From positions 186,001-250,000 of the forward strand of contig JAFIQS020000014.1 of the NCBI GenBank assembly GCA_017499595.2: DNA of 64,000 nt. The letters are read 5' to 3'. Origin of the DNA: Psilocybe cubensis. Taxonomy: Eukaryota. The first letter of the stretch is position 1. Each line of letters begins with the position of its first letter. Below are positions 59,479 to 64,000 of the stretch, in pieces. Both the position numbers and the translations under genes were made by a program. Under the pieces are notes generated by a model. The model was not told where the DNA came from. It saw nothing but the letters and a program-made list of their open reading frames with translations, and did no database searches.

Positions 59479-60485
59479 TCACCCGTGTTCGTCCCCCTCG
59501 TCAGCCACATCGCCCTGTGTGGTCCGCCGAAAAATTACAGCACGAACGTGCTTTGGCTCTGGGGGAAGCCATTGACATCTCCACTGAAAACGCCTACGGT
59601 TCCGCCCTTAACTCCTACCTGGCTTTTGTTCATAACCACAACATTCCCGTAGAGCCAACACCCGACACCCTTTCGTTATACGTGACTTACCAATCATCAT
59701 TTAACAAAATACACACCGTCGAAACTTATTTGTCTGGCATTGTACACCAACTAGAACCTCATTTCCCCAATGTCCGACAGGCCCGTACCTCTCCGTTGTT
59801 AAAACGAACTTTGGTTGGCTGCAAAAAACGGCATGGTACCCCTCAAACTCGCAAAGAAGCATTAACTCTCGACGATCTGCAATTACTGAAGCAACATTAC
59901 ACGACCTCCAATGACCACGACGACTCACTTTTTCTTTCTATGGTCATGACGGGTTTTTTCGCCCTATTACGTCTTGGCGAGATGACTCTACCCGACGAAA
60001 AACGTCTTCGTGACTGGCGCAAAATCACCATGCGCAGCTCCGTACGCTTATCCACTTCCCAGTTTGAATTTTGGTTGCCATACCACAAGGCCGATCGGTT
60101 TTTTCAAGGAAACCACGTCATTGTCAAAGCTACTCAATTCCAACATAACCCTGTGTCGCACTTCACCAACTACTTACGTTCGCGAGATCAACTTTTCGGT
60201 AACTCCAGCGGCCCTTTATGGCTCACGTCGACAGGTGCCATTCCCACACGGCATTTCTTTATGACTAGGCTTCGACGTTTCTTTTCCAACTCCATCGCTG
60301 GCCAAAGTATGCGAGCAGGAGGTGCCACATCCCTAGCAGAACACGGTGTGCCTCCAACAATCATACAACAGATGGGCCGATGGTCTTCCCAGGCGTTTCT
60401 AATCTATATTCGAAGACATCCCGCAATCATACAGGGTTTGCTCTACGCCAAATCCCGCGCACCAAATGTTACTACTCATACTTAA
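59454..60485 (+). CDS. Tyrosine recombinase (integrase)
   Basis: FFALLRLGE (R), LPYHKAD (K), GQSMRAGGAT (H/QxxR), GRWSS…YIR (W, catalytic Y). Confidence 0.95.
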   Translation: MVVGKNTVITRVRPPRQPHRPVWSAEKLQHERALALGEAIDISTENAYGSALNSYLAFVHNHNIPVEPTPDTLSLYVTYQSSFNKIHTVETYLSGIVHQLEPHFPNVRQARTSPLLKRTLVGCKKRHGTPQTRKEALTLDDLQLLKQHYTTSNDHDDSLFLSMVMTGFFALLRLGEMTLPDEKRLRDWRKITMRSSVRLSTSQFEFWLPYHKADRFFQGNHVIVKATQFQHNPVSHFTNYLRSRDQLFGNSSGPLWLTSTGAIPTRHFFMTRLRRFFSNSIAGQSMRAGGATSLAEHGVPPTIIQQMGRWSSQAFLIYIRRHPAIIQGLLYAKSRAPNVTTHT

Positions 60486-60581
60486 CCACTTTCCCGCTCC
60501 TCTATTGAAGTTTCTTTTTTGAAACTTCGCATCATTCTAATCCAAAATCATAAAAAAAAAAAAAAAAAAAATTCAATGGTT

Positions 60582-61074
60582 AGCCTTGACCTCGACAAAG
60601 TGGCCACGCATTCGTGCAATGTCACCCCATATGTAGCGTTTTCTCATTTCCTTGCTCACGAGCAGCCCCGCCTATGCGCGATGCTGCTCCCCCACGTGTA
60701 CTTAATCACTATAATATCTAATTTGTATTTTCGAGCACTCTGTACGCCCGAGCGCGAACAGAGTGCCTCCGTCGCTATTCCAAACCCGTGTGTTTCTCGC
60801 GAATCATTGGTTGAGTTTAATAGGAAGATTACAAAAATCCAATGAGAAGCTCTGGAGAAAACCGCGAGGAAATGTGAATAGCGCCTTATACATTGCCACC
60901 GTCAGCCTGAGAGCACAAACGGTGTTGATCAAACCTCTGCTCGGCCCCAAGCGGCATGAGCTCACACATGAGGTTTCACATTCCAGTAAATGTCTAAACG
61001 GTGGGGGCAAAAACATTGCTCTTCCAACCGCTCTATCACATTCCGAGCGAATCACCAAAACATTGTTTTCAAAA
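60582..61074 (+). repeat. Internal B1-A2 junction repeat, preceded by an A20 tract (60552-60571)
   Basis: B1 60582-60810 directly abuts A2 60811-61074. Confidence 0.95.
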
Positions 61075-61091
61075 CCCACCCTTCTCCTCCC

Positions 61092-61901
61092 ATGGCACGT
61101 TCTTATAACACCCCTTCTACCACGTCCAACCACGAAAATTCTGATGCAACTTTAATGGAATTTTTCACCAACAATGCCGCAGCCATCAATGCCATTTTAC
61201 ACCAACACTCGTCCACAGAAACTTTCAACTCTTCCACTGACGACCTTGCTTGGAATAATGCTGTCGCTGCTTTACACAACATTACACACTCCCGTCCTGC
61301 TACCCCCGTCCTACTGCGACGGATGTACGCAACCTCCAATGCTTTTTCACCCCAACCCAGCGAGTCCTCCACTGTCGTTTCACCCGCTGTTTCACAACCC
61401 GCATCACCTCCTCCCCTCACTGTCATTTCACCCGCTGTTTCACAACCCGCATCACCTCCTCCCCTCAGCAACACCCTCTCACTTGCCCACAATGACAACA
61501 ACTACTCTGATTATACACAATACGACGACTACTCATCTTACAATAACCAACAATCTCAACCGAACGATTTCCGTCCCCGTTCTACTCTGATCCCACGCGT
61601 GTTGCCTCCCATCAATTGGCCGTCCGACTTGTATCCACCCATCCAACCTACTGCAGAATTGCAAGCCCAAACTCCGTTCCCAAACATGGAATCGTCACCC
61701 GTTTTACAAGACTTCCAGATCGAAGTTTGCCATCGGCTCATCGACGATTCTGTTCACTTCGCCACCTTGCCGTTTGAACTCGTGATGGGCTTGATTGCGC
61801 AACTGCAGTGGTTGCTTAAATGCGCACGCAGTAGCGCTGAACAACGCGATTTGCAACGCCTTTTCTTCTTAGCGCATGCTATTTTGCGCAACCGTGACTG
61901 A
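61092..61901 (+). CDS. Extra ORF (269 aa from MARSYN) between A2 and B2, unknown function
   Basis: Open frame fills almost the whole A2-B2 interval; internal 48-bp in-frame tandem duplication; helical-looking C-terminus. Confidence 0.6.
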   Translation: MARSYNTPSTTSNHENSDATLMEFFTNNAAAINAILHQHSSTETFNSSTDDLAWNNAVAALHNITHSRPATPVLLRRMYATSNAFSPQPSESSTVVSPAVSQPASPPPLTVISPAVSQPASPPPLSNTLSLAHNDNNYSDYTQYDDYSSYNNQQSQPNDFRPRSTLIPRVLPPINWPSDLYPPIQPTAELQAQTPFPNMESSPVLQDFQIEVCHRLIDDSVHFATLPFELVMGLIAQLQWLLKCARSSAEQRDLQRLFFLAHAILRNRD

Positions 61902-61927
61902 TATGTACAGCCTTGACTGATATGTAG

Positions 61928-62151
61928 AGCCTTGACCTCGACAAAGTGGCCACGCATTCGTGCAATGTCACCCCATATGTAGCGTTTTCTCATTTCCTTG
62001 CTCACGAGCAGCCCCGCCTATGCGCGATGCTGCTCCCCCACGTGTACTTAATCACTATAATATCTAATTTGTATTTTCGAGCACTCTGTACGCCCGAGCG
62101 CGAACAGAGTGCCTCCGTCGCTATTCCAAACTGTTTCTCGCGAATCATTGG
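61928..62151 (+). repeat. Split direct repeat B2 (224 bp; 5 bp shorter than B1)
   Basis: Matches 60582-60810 except for a missing ccgtg. Confidence 0.95.
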
Positions 62152-62718
62152 ACAAGTTTCATGACCCTTGGGCGCCTATCAAATCGTCACGGCGTCCACA
62201 CGCACCTACCATAACTCTTCCATGACAGTCGAAGAAAGAACTAACATCATGTCCTTGAATGTCCTTAAATGTCTTGGAGAGTCGAATGCACCACAGCAAA
62301 TGCTCAGTGTTCAGTGCAACGCACATCATGCAAGCGCTTATTATAATGCTCAGCAGGTGCGAGGCCGGTGAGGCTATAGCACCTGACAACGCCCATCAAT
62401 CACCCCTGTCTCATCTCAGGTCTCCGGTCACGGGCACGCTTACATACACCGGCACCTCCGCTTCCCCTGTACCTTTCCTCTCCTCGAGGCTCGAGGGCTG
62501 GAGAGTCGAGTCACCATCTCCATCTCTAACCTATCTTCGACGGCTGGTCCAGAGAAGTTATCCGTTTCGATTTTTCTTGGAAGCGTTGACCGTTTCCCGG
62601 ATATTCGAATTGCGAAAAAACATTAACGCCCGGCGCGTTTTTCTTTTTTTTGCTTGTGACCTACACCTACCCTGACGCCAGGTGCGCTGGTTTGTGATTC
62701 CTAACGATGAGAGTGGGA

Positions 62719-64000
62719 ATGGGATGTGTTATGTGAGTGCTGTACTTTCGTTTGCCAGCATTTCGTCCGCGATCGCCATCATCGACAGCTTTTACTACTT
62801 CCACTACCATTTGCCCCCTAGTACCGTTACCTTCTCTCTAACCTTCTCAATGCTCTCAGGAGACCACTATACAATTCCTCAAAATCAAACTTAAAGTCAC
62901 AATCTCAATCTACGCCCAAATCCAAATGTACAACCCATATACTGACGAAACTAACGACCTCCTTCCTCTTCGCACTAATACTCCTCTTCCTCTTCCTCCC
63001 ACTCACATCCGCGCTCATCTTAACCGTCCAACCACTCACGCTCACCGGCACACCCACACTCGTCGGCTGGACGCTCGAGCCCTCAGATGCCGACACGCAG
63101 ACCTTGGCCGACGCAGCGGGGGTGTTCGACTTGCGGTTCGTGCAGAATGATGCGGATGTTGGGCTTGCACTTCCTGGCGTGCAGACGCAGACGCAGGATG
63201 GTCAGCAGGATGGGGGGCAGAGTGGGACTGTGATGGTTACGTTCCCGCAACCTGGGTGAGTTTGCGTTTGTGCTGCTTCTTGTATTGGAGTTGGGAGTCT
63301 TTGGCCTCGTCGCTGCATCGCTGACTTTGCAAAATTTTGTTTTATTTTTGTGGAGTAGGAACTATACCCTCAAAGCCGTCAGTGGGTAAGCCGCGGTCCT
63401 TTGCCATACTCTACAGCGCTACTGTATCCCGTATACTTACCTTTTCCATTTCTCCTCGCGGAGCCCCAGCAACACGCTCATCGGCACGAGCAACCTCGTC
63501 GAAGCTGTGAACGCTACGACCGTCTTGCCTACGGTTACAGTCACCTTGTGAGTTACATCCTACATCCTACATCCTATCTACTCTCTTTTGTATATGGTTG
63601 GTCAAACCCTGATCAATGATTGTTGGTAGTACGACGACGACGCTTGGCAGTGCGACTGCGAACTCTGATACAAGTGCGAGTTCGAGGTGTGTACTAATTT
63701 ATTACACTGATACTGACAATACCATTAACCTTACCTATCTGCGTTTCCCTTCCATTTCCATCCATCCTCGAATTCAACATTCGAATCGATATCGCCTACA
63801 ACGCACATATCTTACACCACCGTCCAGAACCCCGCCCCCCAACCACAACCGCAGCTCACCTAACATCCCCGCCATTGTCGGCGGCACGATTGGCGGCCTT
63901 CTTCTCCTTGCACTCTGTGGTGTGCTTTATGTATTTATGTCCCGGCGCAGGAGGAGGATGGCGACGGAGGCGCGAAGGAGGACATTTCATCGGGATATGA
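62719..64000 (+). CDS. Partial single-pass membrane / cell-surface protein (runs off window; start uncertain)
   Basis: Hydrophobic FLFALILLFLFLPLTSA, beta-rich FDLRF…VGLAL…VTFPQPG, Thr/Ser-rich linker, TM AIVGGTIGGLLLLALCGVLYVF followed by RRRRR. Confidence 0.65.

Larger units (their letters stand above)
55727..62151 (+). mobile_element. Ngaro/DIRS-group tyrosine-recombinase retrotransposon with split direct repeats A1…B1A2…B2
   Basis: gag-like, RT-RNase H and YR ORFs; A1 55727-55990 = A2 60811-61074; B1 60582-60810 = B2 61928-62151; no TSD seen. Confidence 0.95.

Overview
Intron-rich fungal DNA, with gene families and intron style typical of an agaricomycete; the species cannot be determined from the sequence. 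(1) 1-~11.4 kb is a KDZ (Kyakuja-Dileera-Zisupton) transposon cassette. It carries an apparently intact CxC2+KDZ transposase, an apparently intact TET/JBP 2OG-Fe(II) dioxygenase, an HMG-like helical gene and accessory genes. The cassette is marked by recurrent CpG-rich motifs (ACGGCGGA, CGGATCCG) that I did not notice elsewhere in the window. (2) 12.9-29.1 kb is a transposon nest: a decayed Ty3/gypsy element, three different non-autonomous families with TAT..ATA ends and 6-bp TSDs (one stacked into its own TIRs), a hAT-type MITE, a composite minisatellite and a 3.68-kb palindrome. (3) 29.3-55 kb holds host genes: FAD monooxygenase, two convergent P450 paralogs (one truncated) around a DUF4449/DUF5923-like gene, a standalone JAB/MPN+ gene, two F-box/LRR genes, a small secreted Cys-rich protein, a CACTG foldback MITE and a membrane protein. 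(4) 55.7-62.2 kb is an apparently intact Ngaro/DIRS-group tyrosine-recombinase retrotransposon with split direct repeats and an extra ORF between A2 and B2, followed by a partial single-pass membrane gene. Exon structures were read by eye and family assignments come from motif recall, not database searches.
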